From: Azolla caroliniana
Lineage: Eukaryota; Plantae; Polypodiophyta
Reading direction: 5' to 3'
DNA length: 64,000 nucleotides
NCBI GenBank assembly: GCA_043228905.1
Contig: JBHGNT010000014.1
Coordinates: forward strand, 3,534,001-3,598,000
The notes below the pieces were generated by a model. That model was not told the origin of the DNA. It made no database searches and was given only the letters and a program-made list of their open reading frames with translations. Positions 46,413-59,552 of the stretch are shown here, piece by piece (the first letter of the stretch is position 1; each line of letters starts with the position of its first letter). The translations under genes were made by a program, and so were the position numbers.

Positions 46413-49400
46413 ACTCGGCTAAGTCTCGAACCCATTTATTTTACCTTTTTTTCCTATTGACACCACAATGACGTCTAGACGGACTAAGGAACATAAGGAT
46501 ATACAAGACGAGGCTATAAGTAAGGAGGACTTTTTAGATATGTTTAATCGTTTAACAAAAATAGAGATGGATATGAAAAAATGGGTGAAAGACACCGAAA
46601 CCCACAAGAAAAAAGATAGAGAGGAAAAAGACGCCCTCAAGGCCGAAATAGAACAACTTAAAGTAGAAAACATCGACCTTAAAAAACAACTTAAGGACAT
46701 CGAGGTATCTCGAGAAGACGGTGAAATATCCTCTATAGAGGATATAAAGGACGAAATTAAAAAAGTTAAAGAGGAAGTTAATAATAACATAGAGTTAGCT
46801 AAAACGGGTTGGGTAGATGTGGTTAAAAGAAACATTAAAAAAGAAATAAAAGATGAAAATATTGTTAATACCACCCTTGAAGAAGAGAAAATGTGTCAGG
46901 CCCGACACTTAAATGTACGTGTCACTGGGCTCAAGGAAGGTGCATCCCCAAATGAGGACGCACAAACACTTGGGAAAATGTTAGGGTACACAGAGGCCCT
47001 ACCCATCACCAAAGCATGGAGGGCCGGGCGTGACACAACTAGGAAGAGAGCCTTAGTCCTTCAATTTAAAGACTTAGACTCTCGAATCACTTTCTTTAAG
47101 AAGCGACCAATTCTTCGAGGAATGGATGGGGGCCCCATCTATCTCGATGAAGACCTCACTAAGATGCAAATTGAGCATCGCAAGAGTTGTATGCCACGAG
47201 TTATGCAAGCTCGTAAAGAAGGCCATCGCGCCTTTTACCGAGACGGGCGAGTGATCATAAATGATCGCACTACTAATTGAAGGCGTGTGGCCCATGTGAC
47301 AGAAAATGCACTTAGGATGACCCTATGGAATTGTAATGGCGCACTCTGGGCACACCTCGGCCACCTAGAGGAGATACTAAAGGTATCTTATATACTTTTC
47401 TTGGTAGAAACACATCAGAGCCCAAATAGAGGACTCCCACGGGTCAAAGGATTCCGTTGGGAGTCCGCTTTTAGACAAACCTCACGTCGACACACTACTA
47501 GGGGATCTAGAGGTGTCGCGATACTGTTTCGTAGAGAGCTACATAATAGGATAGAAATAATGAAGATAGACCCAGAAGCTCGTTTTATGTGGATGAAAGT
47601 CTCCACAAGCAAAGACCATGCAGTATTTTTCGCCATTTGTTACTTTCCCCCAAAAGGATCCCGTTATAATATTGGTGGCTTGACGAGATTAGTCGATGAA
47701 GGAATGCCACATGGGCTTTCTCCATACGAACCCCTATCGGATGACTAAATTCGATATTCTTCCCAAGGAGAAGTATTTCTTGTAGGAGACTTCAATGCGA
47801 GAACCCAATCCCGACAATGCACAGTATTTCAGATGAATAGAAACCTAGAAATGGTAAATGTTGATCCTTTAGACATAGGCACCACACGTAGATCAAAGGA
47901 TCAAGGTGCGGACGCCACGAGCTTTGGCCATCATCTGCTCGAACTTGGCAGTCGACACCGGATGGTCATATATAATGGTTTAGCTAAGTGGCCGGGCTCG
48001 GAAGAGCTCACATGTTTCCCACATGAAGGAGGGGAAAGCACAATTGACTATCTAATAGGGCGCCCTGAAGCTACCCACATGATTAACTCCTTCCGAGTGG
48101 CCCCATGCCCTATTGGCACAAACCATAGTTTCTTATACTTCGAGCTAAAATGTGATATCTCTAAGGTCACCAAGTCTAGTCAACCATGCCATCACACCAC
48201 AATACATTTCACACATGAGCTCTCTGACATATACTCTCAACATGTTCAGGCTCATCTCCCCTCCCTTGATCCCTCCCTACCGTTAGAAAGCCTTAGTACA
48301 AAACTCACACACATCCTTCACTCCGCAGCAGCTAGCAGTTTCCCATATACAAAACACTCAAATCAAGGTAGATCAGGATCAATGCCACAAAATAAATGGT
48401 ATGACGAGGATTGTAGGGACTTAAATAGAAAACTTACAGTATCGCAACTCAATGGTAGTATTACCTCCATACAAGCTCGCAAAGAAATGCGTAAGATGAC
48501 ACGTCGTAAGAGACGAGCGTGGGAGGCATCCCAATACTGGGAACTCTACCATATGCTCATGAGTAGCGATTGTGCCACGGCATGGAAGAGACTACGGGAG
48601 CCAAGACCACAAACACCCATCGAAGATCCCGAAACTTGGCACACATATACAGAGAGACTTTACCAAATCCCAAACCAACCACCCATTCCAATGCCTTCCA
48701 CACCCCGGCCTACCACGGGGACACTTTTCACGACCTCTAGGGTCATGAAGGTCATAAAGAAATTACAACATAGGAAGTCCATGGACCACACAGGATTGCG
48801 AGCATAACACATTATATATGCGAGAGAGTGCCTAGCTCCCTTGCTAACTCTATTCTTCAATCGTGCCCTTGCGGAGGGTTTTCCACCACAGTGGCCCCCA
48901 TACATAAAGGGGGGGACCCCATGGACCCAAATACATATAGGACCATTATGATAGGCCATACCCTTGCTAAGTTATATGGTGCAGTAATGGAAGCAGAGCT
49001 TAGCGACTATATGGAGACCCTAAACCTTCGTGCACCTGAACAAGCTGGCTTTAGACGAGCCTTCTCCACTATTGATCATATCTTCACACTTAGATGCCTA
49101 ATTGACCAAACTAAGGCTCGCAAGAAGAAATTATATTGTTGTTTTGTGGACTTCCGCAAAGCCTTTGACACAGTCCCTAGAGAGCAGTTGTTTGATAGAC
49201 TTAAAAGCTTGAGGATACCAGATGATATGGTATAGGCCATCTACGCACTATATGAACAAGTGTCCGGGTGTGTCCGATGCCCAGGTGGCCTATCTAATCG
49301 TTTCACTAGCACTATTGGTGTAAAACAAGGTTGCCCCCTATCACCGACACTTTTTGGGATCTACATTGATGAGATCACAGATTTTATTGCTCGTGAGGGA

Positions 49401-51210
49401 GCACCGAAGTGGTCCTTGGGGATACGCAGGTTCGTAACTTGCTCTATGCGGATGACATAGTTTTGCTCTCTGAATCCGAACACGACCTACAAAGGCACCT
49501 TAATGCCTTAGATGACTTTTGTGTACAACGAGGATTGGTAGTGAATCTAGGGAAAACGAAAGTCCTTATCTTCCACACATTGGCCCAAGTTAGAGCTAAG
49601 TGTCACCTAACTATCTCCCATAGCCCAATCGAGGTGGTTGGATCATACGTCTATCTCGGAGTCACTTTTAGTGCCCGCTCAGGTAAATTTTCGATGACAC
49701 AGGCAGCGAAGGATAGACTCACGAGAGGACATGCATCCCTCTCACTCCTAGAGAGACAATGCCACCAAGCACACTTTCAAGAGCCACGGACTAAAGGGTG
49801 GCTCTTTGACTCATTAGTGACCCCCTCCCTCATGTATGCATCAGCGGTTTGGGCTCCAGGATTACCATCTTTCATGTGGACGCAATTAGAGAGACCATTG
49901 GTGATGATGCTATCACGCCAACTCTGAAGCAAATCGACTGTACCACATGACATTATTAGGGCCGAGTTCACGTTACCCCCAGTGTTAGTAGAGGCACTTT
50001 TTCAACTTGTAGTCTTCATTGATAGGATACATAGCCAACCACATGATAGAATATCTCATCAAGCCTTTAAGGCCTCTTGATCATTGTATGAGTCCGGCTA
50101 TACTAGCTCATGGTATGGCATGATGGTGAGTTGGCTTCTTGTGAATGGTCTAGACATTAATAACCTACCTCCCCTTAGGTACAACCACACGAGTGATAAC
50201 ACCTTAATCTCTCATGAGGACGGCAATAAAGTAATACGCCAAGAAATATGGCAAATTTACACTCGGTGTAAATGGATCACCCCACTAGAGCCACTCCCAT
50301 CTAAAATGTTGTACTATAAGAAACACTTCATGCACTTCTCTGAGTTAGGTTTTATCACGCGACCAAAATATCTAGATGTATTCTTACCACATGCACTAAC
50401 GGTTGCCATTGGACAACTTAGAATATCATCTCACCAACTTGAGATTGAGAATGGCCGTACTAGTGGAGTCCCTAGGGAGGAAAGGATATGTAGGTTATGT
50501 CACATAGAGATAGAGGATGAGTACCACTTTACATGCAAGTGTCCAACCTATGCCAAGATAAGGGCAAAATACCAAGACATACTTGGTCCGTCTCCCACCC
50601 TCCCCAAACTATTAGATACTCTAGATATAAAGAAATTAGGTAAATACATTCTAGAGCTAAAACAACACAGAGAGAATAAGTTACAAAATGTTGACAATAA
50701 TGTTGCTAAAGATCACGAACATGTAACAAATGAAGTTTTTCAGGAACCTGAGGAGACAACGAATGCCGACACACTTGCACCACTCGGCCTTTCCATTGAT
50801 GAGGCAGAAAACCAGAGAAGAACCAGACGTCCTCGGGTGCCGGGTTTCAAAGCAACTCGACGTGATGTGGAAGCAATATTGAAAATAAGGGAACGTGAGC
50901 TACACCGCCTAGAAGCCATGGATAGGGCACTCTCTACACTGGAACCCACATCAAGACCCTTTGACCCCCCACTTCTTTTCGAGAGGCTTGGGTGGAAATA
51001 AAATTAGGCTTAGTGTATAGTCAGTTTCGAGTATACTACATATTGTACACTACTAGAACTCTTTTAGTTTAAGTTCTATTTTTTACTTAATTTTATTTTA
51101 GTTATGATGACTGGATAAAAACTCTTTTGTTGTAAACCAATTGTCTCATGGGCCAAATTTGGCCTTAGAAGACGTTAATATATCTTTCTTTCTTTCTTTC
51201 TTTCTTTCTC
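46413..51210 (+). mobile_element. Full-length LINE (RTEX-like): ORF1 plus APE-RT-CCHC ORF2, (TTTC)n tail
   Basis: Candidate TSD ACACACAA at 46405-46412 and 51211-51218. Motifs WNCNG, LVETH, GDFNA, TIDY, FVDFRKAFD, QGCPLSP, YADD and CRLC...HFTCKC. ORF2 has stops and frameshifts. Confidence 0.9.
46468..47280 (+). CDS. LINE ORF1 (coiled coil plus RRM-like region)
   Basis: Open 270-aa frame with NVRVTGLKE and IYLDEDLT, directly before ORF2. Confidence 0.8.
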   Translation: MTSRRTKEHKDIQDEAISKEDFLDMFNRLTKIEMDMKKWVKDTETHKKKDREEKDALKAEIEQLKVENIDLKKQLKDIEVSREDGEISSIEDIKDEIKKVKEEVNNNIELAKTGWVDVVKRNIKKEIKDENIVNTTLEEEKMCQARHLNVRVTGLKEGASPNEDAQTLGKMLGYTEALPITKAWRAGRDTTRKRALVLQFKDLDSRITFFKKRPILRGMDGGPIYLDEDLTKMQIEHRKSCMPRVMQARKEGHRAFYRDGRVIINDRTTN

Positions 51211-51819
51211 ACACACAATGGCATAAGAGTAATTAACATGTGATTATTGTTAATCATACAAGATTAACGTCACATCACACAAATGGTTCAAAATATACAA
51301 TAAGATGGAGAAGAATGTTCCTTCTTACAAAAAGCAAAGTTGTCAAAGTATTCCTACAAAAGCATTGGCTTTCACAAGGATTAAAACTTAAATAAGATGA
51401 ATGATGGGAAGCTTTGAGCTTCTAGTAAATGTGGCTCTAATGAACTTCTCAAATCACGATTACTATTGACGTAAACAACGCCTCAATATTGGAGTAGTGT
51501 TTTCGGGGCACTTTGTGCTCCCTTCAACGATCGGTGTGCAAGCTAGTAGAACCCTTTCTCCAAGTCATCCACGTGTGGTGAGCTCGATGATGACGAAGAT
51601 CGGAAAAGGCTATGAAGTAGAAGAGGAAGTCGAGAAGAAGCAAAAAGAATATAGCAATATACCTTAACCCAAAAATCCCAAAGGTTGAGCTCTATAATCC
51701 CGAAAGAAGAACCCCTAAATGAATCCTCTTTCCTTCCATTTACAAGGAGGGCATCGTGTGAATAGAGCAATCACTTACGAGCTCAACCTTCTAGGTGGTG
51801 CTTAAAGTTGCCATATACC

Positions 51820-54108
51820 ATTTTTTTTCCAAAAAAAAACTCCTTCCATTAGTTATAAAATTTTACAAATGAGACGATTATGTACAAATCCCTGTAGGGA
51901 CACGATAGTTCCATCTTATGTGGATGCCCACTGCCTCAAGAAAGGGAGAGGGTGACCATTGTTGGATGAAGGCTATTCGTTGTCTTTCAACTCCATCGGA
52001 GCCGCCCTTGAGGCCATCATATTGGCTCTTTAGAGTGGCTACAATTTCACTCCATATCTCTTGCAGTAGCCTTGTTGGATGCGCAATTTGGTTGGAGAAG
52101 AGCCGTCTACACCGTTGTTTCCATAGAATCCAAAGAGTTATTGGGCTAACCAATTCCAACACAGCTTGAGCTTTGTCATTAAGAGGAGTTGAGTGGACAT
52201 TGCCGTTGGTGGAGAAAAAAACCTCTTGTGCTTTTATCACCAAAGTCATCCCCTCCTCCTGATGCTCGTATCTGCCAATTGGGGTTTGCCATGATAGCTA
52301 GCATATATTTCCCCACTTGATGGAGCCTTGCACCTGGCATAATTGCAACAAGCTGCCAACCCCCGCCATATTCGATGGGACGTTGGGCAGTCCCACAGAG
52401 CGTGTCGTATTGATTCTACTGCATGTGGGCATCCTACACAATTAGGAGAGCTAAGGTTCCCGCGTTGCCATGCTCCCACCGGTAGGGACTTATGTATTAA
52501 TAGCCATTGGAACGTGGTAATTCGCCTCACGTGTTGTTGTTTCCAGATTTTCTGCCAAAACTTGGTGATAATTGTGGGAGGAACTTGAAATGTGTGCCAA
52601 AACTTCGCAGCAACCGGCTCTCAGGCGGTTTGAGCAGCTAGAATGTGGCGACCCAATCTCATTGTGAATTGGATGAAAGGGATGGGTTTGCTTCCTTGCC
52701 CGGCGTAAGAATCCCGCCATGTCCATTGCAAAGGGTCCCAACTAACCTTACGTAGCCATGTGTTTTCATGAGGACATATATGCCAATCAGGTTGTACTTT
52801 GAGCGGATCAGGATCTACAATCCATTTATGACCAGTATACACGAGTACTCGAATTGCGTTATTCAGTGTTGGTGTCTCAGTGTCTCGCAATTCAAAACCT
52901 TCAATTCTGTTTGGTGTTCCCTTGCCTCTTGGGATCAGAGATCCCTCCTCCTCGTGGCCTATCCATTTCTCCATTGTCATCCTTTGAGTAGCAGTTTCCC
53001 TAATCAGTAGAGCGTTAATGATTTCTGATCTCATAGTCCATCCGCCCCTAATTCCATGGAGTATGTTGGCTTGATCTTGTAGTGGCAGTGACATAAACCG
53101 TCGCCAACATTCTATACTTTTTCCTGGACCTTCTACAATGTATCCCCATGACAACCCCTTACGTGATCTCAGTAATTGATTAGATTCATCCTTGATACAT
53201 GGGTTCTATAGGATACGTTGACTGAGCCAAGCGGGTTTGAAACTCGGTTGATCGCACTTGAGCCCTCGTCTAATGTCACACCATGCCTTCCACATGGATG
53301 CACTGAATCTATCCTCCAATTGACGGGAGAAACTAGGTTTGAGATCCATGTTTAGAATCCATCTCATTTGGGGGGCCCAATTGACCCCTTTTCTTGGCCT
53401 AAAGTAAGCGAAACGTAACCGTAGTAGCATTTTCCAATAGTCATTTCCGGGTTGGAGTCCTCGCACCACAAATTTGGCAAGTAAGACTTTTGATTGTGAA
53501 AGGGGATCAATAAGACCCAATCCCCCTCTCGACTTAGGCGATGTGAGTATAGACCACGCCACCTTGGCGCGAGTTACATGGTCTTCCTTACCAGACCAAA
53601 TGTAGTTGCGGACCAGTCATTGAATCTGATGTATACTTTCCTTGGAGATTGTCCAGCAAGATAGACTGTACCATGTTGTTGCGAGTAGTACCTGGTTTGC
53701 CACTATGATGTGACCCACTAGTGATAGTTTTTTCGAACTCCAATGTATCAGCTTTTGTCGAATGGAGTGGATAACGGGTGCAATCATAGTCTCCGGCGGT
53801 ATGTTGAAACCAATTTGGAAGCCCAAATATTTGGTGCTCGCTCCTTGATTGATCCATTTGAAAGCGGGATGTGGGTGCCACGCCGGATGTGTTTCATGAG
53901 AAAGCCATATTGTGCAGGATTTGTGCCAATTGATCATGGCATTGGATCTCTTGCAAAATACGGCTAACCCACTTTCTAGCTTTTGGAGGTTTTCCAAGTC
54001 CCCTTGCAGGTAGACGGATGTGTCATCTGCAAATTCTATATCCAGAATGCTTTGGTGAGAATGAGGTATGGGAAGACCGCGTAGGTTGAGATGTCACGAG
54101 TTGAGAAA
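51820..54108 (-). mobile_element. L1-clade LINE 3' fragment
   Basis: Motifs EFADD, INWHKS, KYLG, PKSRGGLG, zf-RVT-like CVGC...HALWDC and WILWKQR. Cut by the copia LTR at 54109. Confidence 0.85.
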
Positions 54109-57100
54109 TGTTGAGAATCAAGCTCAACTTGGTCTAGTGTGTGAACTCACCTTGAGAGTGAAGAGACACTCCAACGGTCAAGAGTCACCATTATGTGACC
54201 ACTTTGTATTCTAGCATTTAGTATGAGTTATAGAATCATATTCTATATCACATAACTTATGAGCTTTCACATTCCCCATGCTCCATGAGGCTTGTAGTTA
54301 ATGAAGAGAGAGGGTGATTACATAAAGCACCCTCCTCCCACCTTGTATAATGTTGAGTCTTTCTCCTTTGCTAATATACTTAACCTTGCGTATACTCTGT
54401 GTGTGTGTCTCTCTCTCTCTCTCTCATACACACACATACACACACAGTTCACACCTATTCCGCTTCACAAGAATCCATCTCTTGATTCTTTACATGGTAT
54501 CAGAGCGATTTGGTAGCTCAATCTAGCCCATTCGCCTCATCGTGATCGTGTGTTGTGCTCTACACCGACGACCAACAACCGGCTCATAGTTATCGTAGCT
54601 TCGCTACATAGCTCGCATTCGAAGAGAGAAGAAGAAGAAGAAGAACCGATATAATGAATACTCAAATGGGGAGCGCTCTCCCTACCGAGAAGTTGGATCG
54701 AAACAACTTCGCATCTTGGGAGTACAAGATGCACCAATACCTTGTCAGACAAGGCTATTGGAGCTACATCAAAGGAGCGCATGAAGACCGACCCGCCGAA
54801 GCGGCTCCCGAATACGCGACATGGGAGAAAGCCGCAAGCCGTGTGATGTATTATTTGGCAACATGTGTTCACGACCACATGCTCGGTTACATTCGAGAAG
54901 CCAAGACGCCGAAGGAAGCGTGGGAAAATCTACGAAAGATTTTTGCCGCCAACACGACCGTGAGGAAGCTTCAACTCCGCCAAGAGTTGAACAACATTCA
55001 ACAAAGGGACATGTCCATCACGACATACACCTTGAAGATCAAGGAGCTTTGCGACTCGCTCAGCTCAATAAGCGTAAGTATAGATGATGATGAGATGGTG
55101 CAAATATGCCTCGGCGGCCTAGCACCACGGTTCGGCGCAATGCGAACCGCCGTTCTAGCACGGGAGAAATCTCCCTCCTTCTTCGAGCTCCAATCAATGC
55201 TATTGGTCGAAGAAAACCACGTGCGTACAAGGAGCAATGAGTCGGAAGGCCACATGCTCTACACGCACTCTAATGGAGGAAGAGGACGCGGACGAGCGAG
55301 AGGCCGATTCGGCCAAGGACAAGGCGGACGAGGTCCGACCTATGACAACAACTCCCAATTTCGGCCGCAAAACGGAGGCCAACGAGGAACCTTCGCAAGA
55401 AGGGGGAGCTTCCAATCCGGTCCTAGCCGTCAAAACGCAATCGAATGCGGATATTGCGGAAAGCTCGGCCACCATGAAGAAGAGTGCTAAAAGAAGATGC
55501 GTGAATCGGCTTCCACAAGCCGACAACTCACGAATTACGCACACAATTCCGACTACGAAGAGTATAACGGAATGTCTGGGAACAACTCCGATTACGAAGA
55601 TTGTGGCGGAATGTATGCGCACAACTCCGACCATGGCGGAATGTTCATGATGAAACACAGAGCAAACTCTATGTCGGCCGCTACCTCAACTAGTGCCTCC
55701 GGTCCGGAAGACGTATGGTTTGTTGATTCCGAAGCCTCAAACCATATGACATCCCACAAAGAATGGTTTCTCGAACTTCGAGAGCCAAAGCGACCCGGTT
55801 ATGTCGAAACCGGAGATGACATTACGCACCCGATTCGGCACATCGGCAACGTTCCGTTCGGCGAAAGAGGTAAGCAAACATACATTAAAAATGTCTTGCA
55901 TGTACCCACCATCACAAAGAATTTGGTCTCGGTCGGCCAAATGGTTGAGCAAGGGATGCAAGTACGATTCGACCAAGAAGAGTGCTTCATCGAAAAAGAA
56001 GGCAGAACCATCGCACGTGGAAGAAGAGAGGGTCGGATGTTCATTCTCGATTCGCACGAGATGAAATCCGCCATGTTCGCGAAAAGCACGAAAGCCGACT
56101 CCGACATAGAGCTATGGCATAAGCGAATCGGCCACATCAATCTCAACAAACTCAAAGCAATGAAATCGAAAGGAGTCGTCATCGGACTTCCGACATTCAA
56201 AGAGAAGGAGATTGAAGGTGTATGCGAAGCGTGCCAATTCGGCAAGCAACACCGACACCCATTTCCGAAGGAGCGGAATGTGAGCAAAGGCGTACTCGAC
56301 GTAATTCATTCCGATGTATGGGGTCCGGCTCAAACGACGACATTCGGCGGATGCCGCTATTACGTGCTCTTCATCGACGACTTTTCTAGGCACACTTGGA
56401 TCTACCCGATGCGGCAAAAGAGCGAAGTGTTCGGACACTTCCAAAATTTCAAGAATGAAGTCGAGAAAGCCACGGGCCGACATGTACGATGCCTTCGATC
56501 GGATGGCGGCAAGGAGTACTTCTCGGACGATTTCACGGCGTATCTCCGAAAGGAAGGAATTCAGCGAGAATTCACTTGCCGACACACTCCGCAACAAAAC
56601 GGAGTAGCCGAGCGCAAAAATCGGCACATCCTCGAAGTAGCGTGGGCCATGATGAACGAGAAGCATATGCCCAAGTCATATTGGGCCGAAGCAGCAAATA
56701 CGGCCGTCTACCTAATGAACCGGTGCACAACATCCGGCGTGCACGAGGTCACTCCGCAAGAAAGATTCTTCGGAAAGAAGCCGAACCTATCACATGTTCG
56801 GATATTCGGCTCCATTGTGTACGTGCACATCCCTGACGAGAAGCGTCAAAAGCTCGACCCGAAGTCAGAGAAATGTATCCTCGTAGGATACTCACTGGAG
56901 CAAAAGGGGTACAAGTGCTACAACCCCTCAACTCGACAATCTCGAGTAAGTCGAGACGTCGTCTTTGACGAGTCTGCATCCTAGTTAGCACCAGAGACAA
57001 CTTCGACTCCGACCCCGCTCGACCCGAAATCCACCGAACAAGAGATAGAGGATGAAGATCACCTTACGCGCATGTTCGAAGAAAGTCCGATCACGACCTG

Positions 57101-58507
57101 ACTGAGCGGACCACAAGAGCCTTTGAGCGATCAAAGCAAATCATGGCCTAGCCCAAAACTGGACAAAGGCAAGGCGAAAATGGCGGAATACGAAGACGAT
57201 CGCTTCACCGACGATGAGTCAACTCACTCACTCGACAGTGAGTTCGGCGGTTTCGAGGTACCAATCGGAGCAAAGAAAGCCCTCATCTCTGCAAATGAAA
57301 AGCTCCGCCGATCCACTCGTGAAAAGAACCCCGTAAGTCGATTCGGCTACAACGATTACATGGCGTACCATTACGCCTTTATGATGAAGGTAGCGACAAT
57401 ACGGGAGCCGGAAACCTTTTCGGAAGCCGCGAAGGACCCGCGATGGATCGAAGCAATGAACGAGGAGATGCAGGCACTACGGAAGAACGAGACGTGGGAT
57501 CTCGTTCCCACCTCACCACACAAAAAGGCGATCGGATGCAGATGGATCTACAAGGTGGAGTATAACGCCGATGGCTCCGTCAACCGCTACAAAGCTCGAC
57601 TCGTAGCGAAAGGATACGCTCAAACACATGGCATCGACTACGAAGAAACCTTTGCCCCGGTGGCAAAGATGACGACAGTGCGGACCGTAATTGCGATTGT
57701 TGCGGCGAAAGGGTGGCACCTCCATCAAATGGACGTCAAGAACGCCTTTCTACAAGGCGAATTAGAAGAGGAGGTGTACATGCTACAACCACCCGGCTTC
57801 AACTCGAGCACCCATCCGAAAGTTGTATGCCGACTCAAGAAGCCACTCTACGGCCTCAAGCAAGCACCACGTGCTTGGCATTCGAAGATAACGCAATATC
57901 TTCATCAAATCGGCTTCCGTATGTCAAAATCGGACAACTCCCTCTACATACGATGCGATTCTGCAAGTCCGATCGTCATCATTTTATATGTGGATGACCT
58001 CGTCATTGGAGGTGAGCATCTCGTCGAAATCACTAAGGTCAAATCCCTCCTTTCTGACAACTTCGAGATGACGGACATGAAGGGGCTCCACTACTTCCTC
58101 GGCATCGAGGTAATTCGGACTCCGGCCGGAATCATGATCTCTCAACGGCACTACATCCTCAACTTGTTATACAAGTTCGGGATGGCTGAGTGCAAATCTG
58201 TGGCAACCCCGCTCGATCGTAATCTCAAACTAAATGCGAACTCCGGCACCAAAGCGTGTGAGCCGACTCAGTATCGGCAACTCATCGGGAGTCTCATCTA
58301 CCTCACGATCACATGACCCGATCTCAGTTATCCGGTCGGTCTCCTTAGCCAATTCATGCAAACACCGCGTGATACTCACTTGGATTGCGCTAGGCGAGTT
58401 CTACGCTATGTGAGCGGCACAATGGATTGTGGCATCCTCTACAAGACCGCGATACCAATACGACTCGAGGGGTACACAGACGCCGATTGGGCCGGCTACA
58501 AAGCTGA
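54109..58507 (+). mobile_element. Ty1/copia retrotransposon: 5' LTR 54109-54494, PBS-iMet 54495-54506, gag-pol with stops
   Basis: LTR termini TGTTGAGAATCAAG...CTTGATTCTTTACA. Motifs CGYCGKLGHHEEEC, WHKRIGH, RSDGGKEY and YVDDL. Interrupted in RNase H (YTDADWAG). Confidence 0.93.
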
Positions 58508-59452
58508 TGTCAGGAACGCTACCTAGGCGGAGAAGGAATTAGTACTAAAAGAAGGATTAGTACAATTGTTGAGAACAGTACTAAGACAGAGAAGGATTAG
58601 TACTATGAGAGGTGTAGAACGTTGAGAGAAGGAACGAGTGAGAGGGAGAGAGAGAGAGAGAGAGAGAGAATGATGATACGAAGGATATATGTATTAGGTG
58701 AAGGAAAATATACAATAACAGCTAGAAGGCTTAAGACTGGCGTTGAACCGATTTGGTTCGAACTAATGCCTTGCGCCTCCTTTTATAGTGTTTTCAGGAA
58801 TACTCCTGAAGTTTCTAGAATGTTCCAGAGAAATCTGGAATATACATCCATTTCCTAATAAAATATAAATGAAAATAATATACTTCGAATTACAATGTAT
58901 AATATAACGGTAAAGACTCGACCCATGTAACAACAGGTTATGGGTTCGAGTCTAGTTATGACACTATCCCCCCTTTAAAACGACGAGTTCCACGAGTCGT
59001 TTTAGATTGAGGACCCGGTTTCTCTGGATATCGACGATGGAAGTCTTCAAGAAGAGCACGAGCATTGGTCACGTTCTCGATCGGCTCCCAAGTACGCTCG
59101 CTGGGACTATACCCTAGCCAATCGACTAGATAGTAGAGCTTATTGCGAACAATCTTGGAATCAAGGATGGCAGCGACCTCATACTCAGGTCCATCTTCAA
59201 GCTCGATAGGAGGTGGAGGTTGTGTAATCCGTCCTGGGATAGTGCTCTCGTGATAAGGTTCAAGGAGGGAACTATGAAATACCGGATGTATCCGAAGTTG
59301 CGGAGGTAGATCGAGACGAAAAGCGACATCATTAATCTTTCCGATAATACGGAAAGGACCTAATCGCCGATAATCCAATTTTTCACATGGGCGAGTAGTC
59401 TTGATGTGTCGTCGTAGCAGCCACACCCGATCCCCAATGTTAAAACTGGATA
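58508..59452 (-). mobile_element. 3' end of a chromovirus (Tcn1-like) inserted in the copia: integrase tail, chromodomain, PPT, LTR 58508-58963
   Basis: Motifs LGPFRI, HPVFHSSLL and EYEVAAILD...YLVDWLGY...TWEP. Minus-strand PPT AAAGGGGGGATAG. LTR TGTCA...TGACA. Confidence 0.9.
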
Positions 59453-59552
59453 NNNNNNNNNNNNNNNNNNNNNNNNNNNNNNNNNNNNNNNNNNNNNNNN
59501 NNNNNNNNNNNNNNNNNNNNNNNNNNNNNNNNNNNNNNNNNNNNNNNNNNNN
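59453..59552. other. Assembly gap (100 N)
   Basis: Run of N. Confidence 1.
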
